A stretch of DNA of 64,000 bases from Utricularia gibba (taxonomy: Eukaryota > Plantae > Magnoliophyta). A program made the position numbers and the translations under genes. Below the pieces are notes generated by a model, which saw nothing but the letters and a program-made list of their open reading frames with translations, did not search any database and was not told the origin of the DNA. The stretch spans positions 496,001-560,000 of the forward strand of contig CM007991.1 in the NCBI GenBank assembly GCA_002189035.1, in the 5' to 3' direction. Shown in pieces: positions 42,301 to 54,692 of the stretch (the first letter of the stretch is position 1; the number at the start of each line of letters is the position of its first letter).

Positions 42301-45300
42301 CTATTATACTGAAAAATAGAACTATTCAAAATCTTCTATCTTACACAGACAATTACATGGGAGACCATATCAATTTCCTCATTAATGTCCACAGAAGTTA
42401 AAAAATACTTTTTTTTGTAAGAGCAATAAGCAGGCACATCTAAAATCTAATCCCTTTGTATGAACCCACGAAACTATACTTGTGATGAAAACTAATCTAA
42501 ACCAATACGGAGTATTATTCAATTACAACCAGGGATACCATAGTGAATCTAAAAAAGATCTCTGAGTGACTTAAAATCAAGAAATTCTTCTCATCATCCA
42601 AAGAAATAACCATGGGCTTAATAGTAGACCACCTATGCCAATACACACTAACCTTGAATGCAGGACTCAGAAGAATCTTATCCAGAAAAAATTGGAAAAC
42701 GTTATTTTCAAAAAAAGCCTCCAAGCATGCGTGTATGGTTCTCATATCATCGGGCAATGCTGTTCCAATCATCTCACTCCCATCACTACCATCTAGTACT
42801 AAAATCAAGTGTACAACCCATGCAAGCTTCACACAGTTGACAAAGCCTCCAACCACAGGGTCACTCCCATCAACCATAAGCTAAGGAAAAAGTAAATCAT
42901 GTGAGAACAACCCAAAAAAGGAGAGAGAAAAGGCAGCTGAAGGAGCAGAGGGCTAGGGAAGAAACTTACAATCTCATGAAACTCACGCCTAAACGACGCA
43001 TCATGAGATAACACAGGCGACTTGTCAGATACTGCCCCCAAAGCATCTGAAATGAATGCAACGACCAGGGAGAAGAGAAGACTGTAAGTAATCTGCACAA
43101 CAAAAGCAAAGAAATGACCGATCAGTGAGGCACATCTGGATGCCATAGAGTGGTCTGGGAACTCTCCTTCAAATTAACTGAATACAAGCCACTAATAGAA
43201 AGCAGAAATACTTTTCTTAGAAAAAGTTCGCCCAAATTCCTAGTATTTTTTTCCTGCTTGAAGATAACTAAAGCCTCGATTCAGTTTAGCAACACTTGAA
43301 ACTCCCAATCTGGTAATAATTAATGGGGCACTCTCAACTTTCTAAAAATAGTGAAAAGCGTGGTTTATGCATTCTGAGACAAACTCAAAATAGAAAAGAA
43401 CGGAATGAACAGATTCTTTTCTACACTAACTAAACAATATCTAAAACATTAACCTCCCGCAATGAAATGCATCCAGTTCACCGGTATTTTCTGCAAACGC
43501 AGATCCCAAAAAATAAATGAAAACAGCAACATACCCATACCTGTTGATTCAAGAAATCTGAGTCCCGGTTGTAGTCAGCTAAACTCTCTTTCAAAACAAA
43601 AAACAAGTCTTTGACATCTTTGGTACCTTCAAAGAGCAAAAACATTGACTTCAATGGAAAGAAAAGCAGGTATCAAGTCTTTTTTCATATTATATTATTA
43701 ATGTACCAAAATAATGCCGTATAGTCATATTTAGTTATAACACACTCCCACCATCTCGTCTTCCAGGACAAAGAGATCCAACTGTCCTAAGTAGATATGG
43801 ACTATGTTAAACAAGAAAGGTTATGCAGATGACAAGAAATAGAGACGAGGGATAGATTAGCAGATTACATTGATTCGGTAGGCAATTAATTGAAAAGAAG
43901 GGAATCCGGGATTAACTTTTGGCAACAAAAATGATAGGAATTTATGAACTGCATCCACGTGCATATGCCAGCTATCCTAAAAAATGATCCAGCAAAACTC
44001 AAGTATACGAGCGGCTCCTTCTGAAAGAAGAGGGCATGTTCAATTATGTTGAAGTCTACAGATGATTTGAGTGACATGTTTTGACAAAAACCCATTTAAG
44101 ATAAAGCAGCAAGAGCATTTCACCACACATTGACCTTGAATTTCAGTACTTTGGGTCAATTGTTCACGCATCACTCATCCAGGTTTGGGTAAAAATAATC
44201 TGGTGCACAATGAGTACTCCTACTCTTCTCAAGACTTACCCATACGCTCTATCAGGTTTGAAAGGACAAGGCAATGACCAAGTATCAGTCTTTCTCTAGA
44301 GATCACAGCTTTTCTCTCCACAAGAGCGCCCCTTGAATCAAGGATGTAGCTCTCAGAATTTGGCCCACCAACGCCAGTTGAATCTTCTCTACGAAGCTCC
44401 TAAACATGAAACCACGAAAAAGGCATTTTAAATACTGTAAGTGAGGGGCAATCACTGACCACTATTTGACGTTGCTACAACAAAAATCTTATATATAGAT
44501 GCGTGATCTGATTTAAAGCATTCCCATGGCCAAATCAAAAGAATTGTTCCAAAATTTTAATGTGTAAGTTACATTTGAGGCAAAAGCGTGTGATATTACA
44601 AGAAAATATGTACTGTCTACATGGAAGAAAGCTAAATCAATCATTTTTAGGCTGGAGAACCTGAAATCCATTGAAAATTTCAGTATAAAACTTCACAAAA
44701 ATATAGAAAAAAAGAATTTGAAATCCACATAGGATAAAAAAAATCAAATAACCTCATCATACAGCCATTCATTATAACTCGGCTCTAAAAATAACGAACA
44801 AACACCTTTATCATCAAAATTAGTCTTTGTCTCATTCCCGAAGTAATAAGTTCTTCCACATAGCTTTGAACTTCAGCTAAAAGGTCAACTTCAAGCCCCT
44901 GATCAAGAACAACAGCCTGCAAGAATCCCATTCTTTTCTCATTCAAAAAACTTATTTCAAAATTCTAGTTGGGCTACTAAAGGAAGAAGCCATACACGAA
45001 GGAGTGTGTACACAGCTGTCAGCAGATCTCTTCTTTCTGTGTACCAAAGTCCAGCAGCAAGGCGAAAGACTTCTAATGGCTCTCGGCCTAGCAAACCCCA
45101 CTAAGGGAAACCAAATACATAACTAAAACGGACAAGAATAACTGATAACTTCCCCAAGGGAGGGGTGAGTTAGAGATTTCATGTTTACACAATAATGAAA
45201 CTGTAACCTTTAGAACCAACCATTCCCTTCATTTTAGTGAATAGCATAAATTTTACCTCCTGGTTCGCAGAAATAAGCAGAGAGACGCAATCTATTTCGT

Positions 45301-46279
45301 TGAGGTGGAGATCATCACTCAGCTTTAAAGCCTGTGATTCATATGTGACCGACATTAAACGCTAAATCATACTTAGCTCAACACATCATCAAGAAGATAA
45401 TGCAAAATGGAATTCTTGATTTAGACGGTTGAAAGTTTAAAAATTTTAACGTCAATATCTACGTGGCATGGCCTGCACATCAGTCATCTAACAAACTGGA
45501 TTGTTCCACAACCTTATGAACTAAGAGGCCTTTGCAGAAAGAAGAATCGGTTATTTTCAGGCAATGCACGGATCAAGATTGTAGAAAAAACAGTAGAGGT
45601 ATGAAGTTGGTACATGCATATGACTCTTTCATTAGACAATAACCTTGAATCGGAGACCAACTGTCGACTGGAAAAAAAAAAAAAGAGAGATTCACATTCT
45701 CTCGTCTGAAACCTCCGCTAAGGGGGGAAAAACTTCAACATCTTATAACATCTACCAAATATGTTACCCAAGTCAGGTATTGCTAATCAAGGTTGAGTTT
45801 TATTTTGCAAATAAGGGACCACTGTAAAAAATGCGGTGCCGAAATTGCATATCTTGCATCCGCTGCTAGAGTTTTTAATGACTTAACCAGAATACGCCAT
45901 ACGAAGAAGCGGAGAACTTACAATCTGAACATCCTGATCGTCAAGCGTAATAGGTCCAATGTGCGGTAACCTCACTTGTTTCGACTGAACCTCCGCTCTG
46001 TCGGATGGTTTGGGAGGCTGAACAAACGCTTCAAAAAAGTGAAATTAAGTTACTCGTTCTAACGGCAAAGTTGTAACAAATACACAAGAATCAAAGAAAT
46101 GCACGCGCATTGAAGGCAAGAAAGACGTGCAACATTACAGGGTACGAGAGAAGTTCCTTGAGCGAGGAGAGTGAGTCACGAATAGCATGGAGGAGCTCAA
46201 TTTTCTGGGCAGGCGTGGGTGCCGCCCGGCCAAGAAGAGTTGTCTCGATCACCGAAAGCAGTCGCTTCGGCGACGCCAT
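30365..46279 (-). CDS. NUP205: Nuclear pore complex protein NUP205, 45 exons, ~1859 aa
   Basis: I traced 45 exons that join in frame (5580 nt): first 46279-46139 (MASPKRLLSVIETTLLG), last 30448-30365 (DKVGQSLKIFFRLSRSLKEMTVKKLAA*). Conserved blocks: LKLSDDLHLNEIDC, GEDHTNFHTLVAFL, YENVPPYLKGALRNAI, YDMRFELNEIEA, RPAPNITHLLLKFD, SERGDRLIDL, WGWKYNKNLEEQAAQLH, VWPYEESDDYGF. One GC-AG intron (37166-37079). Confidence 0.95.
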
Positions 46280-46817
46280 GGCAATGAACCGTCAAGCCAC
46301 CACAGCGAGAGAATGAACTAGTTGGACTGGAAGAAGGCGGGAGAAGACGGAAGGAAATCAGCCCTAGTTTTCGCCGTGGTAGCACTCAAAATTAAATATA
46401 AAAACGGGTAAAATGGAAATTTAAACGTCTAAATTGGGTCCAAATGCTTCTAGAATGCCTAAAATGGGGATTTATCATGTATTTACATTGAATTATTTTC
46501 ATAATATATTAAATTGAATTTCATTAATGTTTACTAATTATACTATAAAATATTTAGGAAAATAAAAATTAATTTTTAAGTGAATCAGACTCATTTTCTA
46601 ATTTAATAATTGATTTAAATTGAATTGAAACTAATTTTGAATTGAATTTATAATTTAAAATACTGTAATGCACATATTCTAAATTCATTTATTTGTATTC
46701 TACTCCATGATATATATTAATTTGAAAATGAGTATGGAGAGCTTGCTTAACACTCATTATCTATTTTAAGAAGATATTTGGAAAAACATTAAAATTAATT
46801 TTTATTACACAATATAT

Positions 46818-47251
46818 AAACCCTACATTTAGTGAAAAATGATATGTAACATTATGGATTATAAAATTAGGGCTATAGTCTAAGTGAGTTTCATTAATCT
46901 CATAACTTGAAATACAATACTATTTTTTTATATAAGCGTAATATAATAGTATTTTTATTTTAAAAAATGTTTCTCCTCCATTTTTATATAGAAAGTAGTA
47001 CACTTAATAAGGATATTTTGGTAATTATTAATCATCATTTATTAAATAACATTATCAACAAAAGTTTTTATGAATCTTTCATATTTATGCATTATTCTCA
47101 CTCAATATAATTTTGAATAAATTAAATTAGTGTATCAAACAAACCCTAAACCTACTAAACCTAAAATGACAAATTAAATTTAAAATTCTTTCTGCAAAAA
47201 AAATGTTTTATATAGCTTGGTATCATAATCATGAGTCATTAAAAAACCCTA
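46818..47251. promoter_or_regulatory. Three telo-boxes (AAACCCTA) upstream of NUP205
   Basis: AAACCCTA at 46818, 47141 and 47244, 540-970 bp upstream of the ATG. Telo-boxes are typical of plant housekeeping promoters; function here is inferred. Confidence 0.4.
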
Positions 47252-47702
47252 ATCTAGGGTAGCCCAAGAAGGTTCAGCCGCACGTGCATGGGTGTTCTAT
47301 ATTAGAATTATTAGGTACATACCACTCAAAATTATTGCATATCATGTTGATGTTTTAAATGTGACAATGAAATCATATGTCATAAAACATTAGAATTAAT
47401 ACTTATAATTCATCAATAAGCCCAACATTAAAATTAGAGATCCTTTTCTTTATAAAGTGTATGCTCATAACCCTTGTGACACATGAATGTGATTGATAAG
47501 GTTTAGTCGCATAACTTTGTTAAGTTTATATTCTGTTTGGAACAACTTATATTTTTAGAATAAATATTTTAAAACAGTTTTGTTATTAAATACGAACGAT
47601 TTTTATTCTAAAAAATCTTTCAAAAAACTTTCATTTCTAATTTTTCGAAAGCAATTCTTAAAAAGTGGTTTTCAAAAAATTATACGAAACGTAGCTTTAA
47701 TC

Positions 47703-47864
47703 TAATAAATTTCAACGTATACATGTTTGAAATCGTATAATATCATGTTTGTGGTTTTTGGTTGCGAAGAGCGTCACACCCAACCTTCATAAAAGAGTTC
47801 AGTTGTGTGATTTATTACACTTGATGTAATAAATTTCAAGGTATACCTGTTTGAAACTGTATAA
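47703..47864. repeat. 38-bp imperfect direct repeat, each unit quasi-palindromic
   Basis: TAATAAATTTCAACGTATACATGTTTGAAATCGTATAA at 47703 and TAATAAATTTCAAGGTATACCTGTTTGAAACTGTATAA at 47827 (4 mismatches); TTTCAA...GTATAC...TTGAAA symmetry. Confidence 0.7.
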
Positions 47865-50800
47865 CATGAGGTCTGATACGAGCCGACCAGCAACCGAATA
47901 AAAATGGTGGCAAGTTGTGTAAGAAGGATGTGATAACTGATGACCACCAATTTCAATACAAATGGATTTGGTGTACGTTCCTTCAATACTTGTAATTAAC
48001 CAGTCTTGTCCATGAAAAGGAAAGCTTGCATGGTTACCGACATGGCTCGTAATTAGGGTTAGATAATCTTACAATGATTAGGATAAATTCCCAAAGAGAA
48101 GAGATAACAGAAGCAGGGAGTTCCTGCTTCCATGGAGGCACAGTTCCTGAGGAAGAAGCTCAACAACCACTCTGCAAACCCCTTTAGTCAGCACTGAGGA
48201 ACATAGAGCTCTATTGCTTTTCAAGCAATTTGTTCATTCTGGTGCATTGCAGTTGTAAATAAAAGCAGACATATTCTGTACATAGGGGTGCTAGCAAGAC
48301 AACCCAAATTTTATCAAGCTCCAGGTTTAGCTGAAAACTCCTCTACGGTTGTGGGGAAAATGTGCAGCCATGGCACTGCTGCATTTGTTCTGTCGGACAT
48401 TGTTTCTGAACATTTTGAAGTGTGTTTGCGTTTGAAGATATGCAGTCCCTGGAATATCTTTCAAGTGGAGTGCGTGAGGTTTCCCTCAGAACTTCAATGT
48501 CATATTTTAAGGAGATGTCTGAAGAAAAACAACAAAGCACGAAAAGCTAGACCCCAGTCACTTCTGGTGTGAGGAAGTAGAGCTTTGAGGATCAACATGT
48601 GTTGGCAAGTTGAACAATGGAAGATGAGTATGAATAGTAATGAGGATTATTACAAAAATCTTATTTTATATTATATATTATAATGATAATAATACTATAC
48701 TACATTCGCATTATTGAATATTTTTTAAAAAAATATTATATACGATAAATATTATTTAGATTTTATAGTTATAGTTAAATATATTTAATTCTTTCGTGAA
48801 ATATATTTCAGTTTATCCAAATATCATTTATATCTTATTGTAACTTAATTTCTTATTCTTCAACACAAGACATTTCATATTTTGTAATATATTTTTAAAG
48901 TTATAGAATATCAATTCATTATACTTCTAATTTCCATTTTTATTTTTCAAAAATTCATTTTAAGAATATGTGCAGAAGATAGTAGAAGTAAAAGGCCATT
49001 TCCCATTCCAAGTAGGAATGAAGAGATCATTTTGAGAATATATCTGAACAAGGTTTGAGTAATTTTTAATGAACTTTAAGAATGAGATAAGAACACATGC
49101 ATGTCTTGTAAACAAATTACAATTGTTGAACAAATGGATGACACTAAGTTGCCAAAGTACAAAAGGAGTAATATTGAATGAGAATTGAACTCTCAATGAC
49201 TTCTAATTTTGCACATTGCAAAGTAAGGTTTATACCACAATTTAAAAATATCTTTGTTAAATCTTTGTATGCATTCAAACACACGTGTCTTGAGAACTAA
49301 ATTTGGTAGTCATATTCATCGATACATGTAAAATACAATAATATTTTCTACATATATTTATGAAAGGTGTCTACAAACATACTTTCAATTACAATCACAT
49401 AATACATGTTTATCTAAGTAAAATCAAATATATTACTAATTAAATTATCCTATTAAACACACCGTATCAAAACTCTTCAAACCGACCTGAAATTAAAGAT
49501 AACAAGGCGATGGTATTCCAATAAAACTGAAGATAGCGATATTCGCAGTCTATTCAGTGGGATGCACAAATTGAATTAGAAGACAATGATGATGATGAAA
49601 TTTGTGCTCGCCAAAGTCACAAACATTTCAACAAACAGTCTATGTGAACACCAATAAAAAAAGGTCAAATAATATGGATTCAAATATTTTTTATTTATTT
49701 TTTTATTTTGCTTACGTAAATAATAATAATTATTTTTTTTTTGGTTATGAGGTGGTTGTAATGCACATGATGACAAGAAAAATGATTAGTCAATCTCACT
49801 AATAAATTACACCTTTCATGGTAACTGAGACACGTCACATGACCCATTCGTGCAACCCCATTTATGGCAGTCTTCGTTTTGAAATATCTGCTTCTACAAA
49901 TGGAAAGGGATCGCCCGCCTTCCTATTTATGTACATAAATAATTCGAAAAATACAATATGAATTATGAGCTTTTTTCATTTTTCATCTCCAACTATGAAA
50001 TTAATGAAACTAGGGATTTGTTCTAATTTATGCATTAAATAAAAAAATTTCAAGATATCTTGAGAAAATTACGTAAAAAAATCCCAGATTTATGTTAAAT
50101 GATCAATTTCATCATTGTATTAAAATAGTGAGAATCAATTTTGACACTATTTTAAAATAATGAAAATCAATTTTAGGAATCAATAACCCCAACCTCTTAC
50201 TCAATATCAATTCTTGCCAAATTAATTAGAAAAATGGTCATATGTCAGAAAGTGTGTAAAAAAAAATAGATTAATATATGTAATTTTTTTTATGTTAGTG
50301 TTTGACATAAAAAATTATAGTGAGAACTTTTTTAAATGCTCCATTTTTGCCACACATTAAATGCACTCAACAATGAAATTGCAATCCAATGCTGTGCATC
50401 AATCTCATAAATGCAGGGTTGATAAATTAAACTCAAATCAGCCATAAATTCACACCACATGCATAGCAGCAGCAAGGGATGGGGTTATTTAGACAATATA
50501 TATATATATACATTATATCTCAGACAAAAAAAAATACACATTGAGTGGTCATTTTTTCACACAATGTCTTAACACATGGCCAAATTTATAATTCATCCCA
50601 AAGGCATGCCAACACCATATTATTTTTAATATTAATTTTTTTGTTATTTACGAGAGACATACAAAATGATCAAATTATAAATAATCTATAAATATATGAT
50701 ATCAATTAAAACAAATTATCATAAAAATTATTAAAAAAATTAAAAAATAAAATAAAAACCTTACAATTCATGAGCATCCTTTCAATTTTTATTTATAGTT

Positions 50801-51016
50801 TTAAATTTATGAGTTTTTGATGGACGAATTTAAATTTAAAAAAAATGTATTTGAATTAAACTTATTTCAATTATTTAAAAAACACAAAATGGGGTGGCCA
50901 ACTTCCTTGCCACCGTCTCTTGCTTGGTGATTAAGTTTAGTGGCTTTATCCTGTTCTTTTTCCGATGGTTTTACTTGGGAAAATTTAAAATGAAAAGGAG
51001 CGGCCACCGGGGGCTC

Positions 51017-51024
51017 TATAAATA
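51017..51024 (+). promoter_or_regulatory. TATA box of the CYP78A gene
   Basis: TATAAATA preceded by C, about 80 bp upstream of the ATG at 51105. Confidence 0.65.
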
Positions 51025-51104
51025 CCCCATTCGTGTGCTGAAGCACATTAACTACCAGTAACGGACAAAACTTCTCCATTCCTGGCTACGAGCAGTCGGA
51101 GACG

Positions 51105-52739
51105 ATGCCGTTTCACTCATCCACCTTCCTCCTCACCACATCTTCCATAAACTTGCTTCCACTCTCCTGCTTCTTGTTCCTCATTGTAGTTTTCGCCTTC
51201 TGGCTGGCTCCCGGGGGGCTTGCATGGGCGCTTTCTGCCACCTCCAAAAAGACTGGCCTTTCGGCTTGTATCCCAGGGCCGTTCGGCTTCCCTGTCCTGG
51301 GTTCGGCGCTTATGTTCGTCAGCTCCGTCCCGCATCGAATTCTGGCGAAGGTTTCTAGAAGGTTTGAGGCTACTCGTTTGATGGCCTTCTCGGTGGGGTT
51401 TACTCGAATGATCATATCGAGTCACCCCGACACGGCGAAGGAGATTCTCAGTAGCTCGGCTTTCGCTGACAGGCCGGTGAAGGAGTCTGCGTATGGACTG
51501 CTGTTCGATAGGGCCATGGGGTTCGCCCCGTACGGCGAGTATTGGAGGAACCTGAGGAGAATCGCGGCTACCCATATGTTTAGTCCGAAGAGAGTTGCTG
51601 GTTTTGGGAGTTCAGGAGAGAGATAGGGGAGAAAATGACTGAGGATATCATGGTGAAAATGGAGAAAAATGGTAGGGTTGAGGTCAGAGAAGTGCTCCAT
51701 TTTGGGTCGTTGAGCAATGTGATGATGTGTGTCTTTGGAAAGCAGTACGATTTCAGCAACGAAAAAAATGCGGAGGGAGTTGGGTTGGAGGAGATGGTGA
51801 GGGAAGGGTATCAGTTGCTGGGGATCTTCAATTGGAGTGATCATTTCCCCTTTTTGGGATGGCTTGATTTGCAGGGAGTGAGAAGGAGGAGCAAGAATCT
51901 GGTCCAAAAGGTTAATGCTTTTGTCGGGAAGATCATAAAGGAGCATAGACACAAAAGACTTCACCAGAAAGAGCAATTTTCCCATGATTTTGTTGATGTT
52001 TTGCTTGATTTGGAGCAGGAACACTTGCTCTCTGATTCTGATCTCATTGCTGTCCTCTGGGTAATCTATCTTTTACTTTGCAATCTTGATGCTCGTTTTG
52101 ATCTTCGTCTTCTTACCCGACCCTTGCTTGAATCAGGAAATGATTTTCAGAGGAACAGACACAGTAGCCATTCTACTGGAATGGATCCTGGCAAGAATGG
52201 TGCTCCACCCTGAAGTTCAAGCCCGAGCTCATCATGAAATCGACACTGTCACTGGGAAGAGTAGGCCAATAAACGACTCTGATTTGCCAAATCTCCCCTA
52301 CCTCCAAGCCATTGTGAAAGAAACACTCAGAGTCCACCCTCCCGGCCCTCTGCTTTCATGGGCTCGTCTCGCAATTCACGACACTTTTGTCGATTCCCAC
52401 TTCGTCCCCGCCGGGACAACCGCCATGGTTAACATGTGGGCGATCACACATGATCCGAAGGTGTGGCCGGAGCCCGAAAAGTTTCGACCGGAGAGATTCA
52501 TGGATCAGGACGTGGCCATCATGGGATCTGATCTCAGACTTGCGCCATTCGGGTCAGGACGAAGAGTGTGCCCTGGTAAGACCATGGGGCTCGCCACGGT
52601 TCAGATATGGCTTGCTCTGCTGCTCCAGAGGTTCCAGTGGGTGGCCATGGATGACTGTGGAGTGGACTTGACAGAGTGCTTGAAGCTCTCCATGGAGATG
52701 AAGCAGCCTCTCGTTTGCAAAGCGATTCCCAGGACTTGA
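51105..52739 (+). CDS. CYP78A: Cytochrome P450 CYP78A (CYP78A5/KLUH-like), 2 exons; 1-nt frameshift in exon 1 as assembled
   Basis: Exons 51105-52060 and 52137-52739 total 1559 nt, one short of 1560. CYP78A hallmarks: [46 protein letters not shown]|[36 protein letters not shown], heme motif [11 protein letters not shown]. Frame breaks at the GGG run 51606-51608. Confidence 0.94.
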
Positions 52740-53329
52740 GCTTCCTTCCAGTACCTGCTTAACGTGTTACTGAGCTAAGATAGATCGATGCTTACAGCCT
52801 CTGCTACGAGTTTTCTGTATGGAGACAGTGTTCCAGTCTCTCGGTATGCGGTGGAAGTACCTTCTGCACTCTTGTAATAGTATGAGAAGTCCCTAGTTTT
52901 CTATAGACTAATTAACCTACTTCCTTAATGTAACTTATGCTGCATCTGTCAACAAAAAAAAAGGAAGAAACACACAGGGTGGGCATGAACAGTACCAATT
53001 TTTACAGGGACTCTTTTCCTGTGTCAGGCTTCATATGAGTCTGGTATGAAATGCATGGCTTAACAGAGAGTGGATGAAGCCACTCTGACCAATCAAAGAG
53101 GCCCCCTTTGTCTGAACAAGTGGAGGTGCAGGGCCCTCTGGTACAGTGCCTAGTGGAGCAGTGAAGAGAAGAGATCCGATCATTTACTCAACTCTGGTGT
53201 CTTGCCCTCACCTTTGGATTCTTCTTCAATCAAAAAGAAGAAGAAAGATGAAGCAGGTGCTCTGAAGAATCCATCCATCTATCCCACACTGTGCTTGCTT
53301 TTGATACCGGCAAATGCAGGCTACAAGAA

Positions 53330-53512
53330 AACCATTGCTTGCTTGAATGCAAGGATCTTTGCTCTGAACCATTACTTGCTTGAAAAAGAAAAAGAGAGAG
53401 ATACCGATGGTTAGATTGATCTTGCCTTTGAGAAAAAGAAAGGGGTGCCAGGAAGCCACTTCTAGCAGTAAACCATTACTTGCTTGAATGCAAGGATCTT
53501 GGCTCTGAACCA
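53330..53512. repeat. 42-bp direct repeat (two full copies, one partial)
   Basis: AACCATT(G/A)CTTGCTTGAATGCAAGGATCTT(T/G)GCTCTGAACCA at 53330-53371 and 53471-53512; partial copy from 53367. Confidence 0.8.
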
Positions 53513-54584
53513 CTTCCCAAAAAGTTAAAGGGAAAAGGGATGATGCAATCTAACACCCACCCGCCCACCGAGTACAATCATTCAGACAGCACAGGAAGCC
53601 GACGCCGAGCCCGCGTTGCCCGTTGGTCCTTATCCCAACCATCACGTGTCTGAATTCCAAAACAGACTATTTTTTTTCCTTGAAAATAATAAAACATAAA
53701 ATCATGAGAATTAAATAATTAAAATAAAAGATAATATCGTATAAATAGAACGTGACTTGCTACATTAAAGTTCTTCAAATATGTGGAATCACGCATGTAC
53801 GAGAAATCGAAACAAATAAGAAATTGTATCCCGTTCATAGGTATTGAAGCAAGGGGTCTCTGGTTAGGGTTTAGAAAGATCTTGCGCCTTTTTATCTTGT
53901 GGATTTGCTTCACTTTAGATCACATGTAACGTAAAACACGCAAAAGGGGTAACGTGTGAGATGGCAGCGTTATCAGATATTATGTAAAACATATTATAAA
54001 TTAAGAATTGTTTTGAAATAAAAGTTATACAATTTTTCATTTTTCCCCTCCAAAAAAAAAGGTATACAATGTTTTTAATTTAAAAACTTAATTTTTTTGA
54101 TAAAATAAACATTTTTTATTTTAAAATTGATTGGGAAATACAATATAGTCATTGTATTTTATGAGTAATTTTAAATTGTTTATGTTTAGATAACAAGTGT
54201 ATTATGTAATTAAAATTATGTTTAATACATACATTTTACAAAAACATATCTAAAATGATATTATGTTTGATGAATATATTTCGAATAAATGAAAAATAAA
54301 TCAAAATTAGTATTTAAAAATTACAAGTTTTAAATTATAAATCTTTTATAACAATGATTAAATTAAATTCAACAAAACGACACATGTAGAAGCAATTGGA
54401 GATTTTTTTACCATTTAAAATACTAATAAAAACTCAAATCATTAAGAATACCTACGTGCTATAAAAGTTTTAAAAAATATAGTTATAGAGAATATATAAG
54501 TTATATTTAAAATATTTATATCAATTAAATTATTAATATACTGTATTTAAAATTATAAATAATTTGCTGTTAAATTTGATGCAA

Positions 54585-54623
54585 TACTACTACTACTACT
54601 ACTACTACTAATAATAATAATAA
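54585..54623. repeat. Compound microsatellite (TAC)8(TAA)5
   Basis: Direct reading; 70 bp downstream of the NPF6.2 stop codon. Confidence 0.9.
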
Positions 54624-54692
54624 TTTCTGTTTCAGAAGTAGCAAATATCGATCACAATTTACCACGTGCGCAGTGTGACATTTCTTTCCTCT

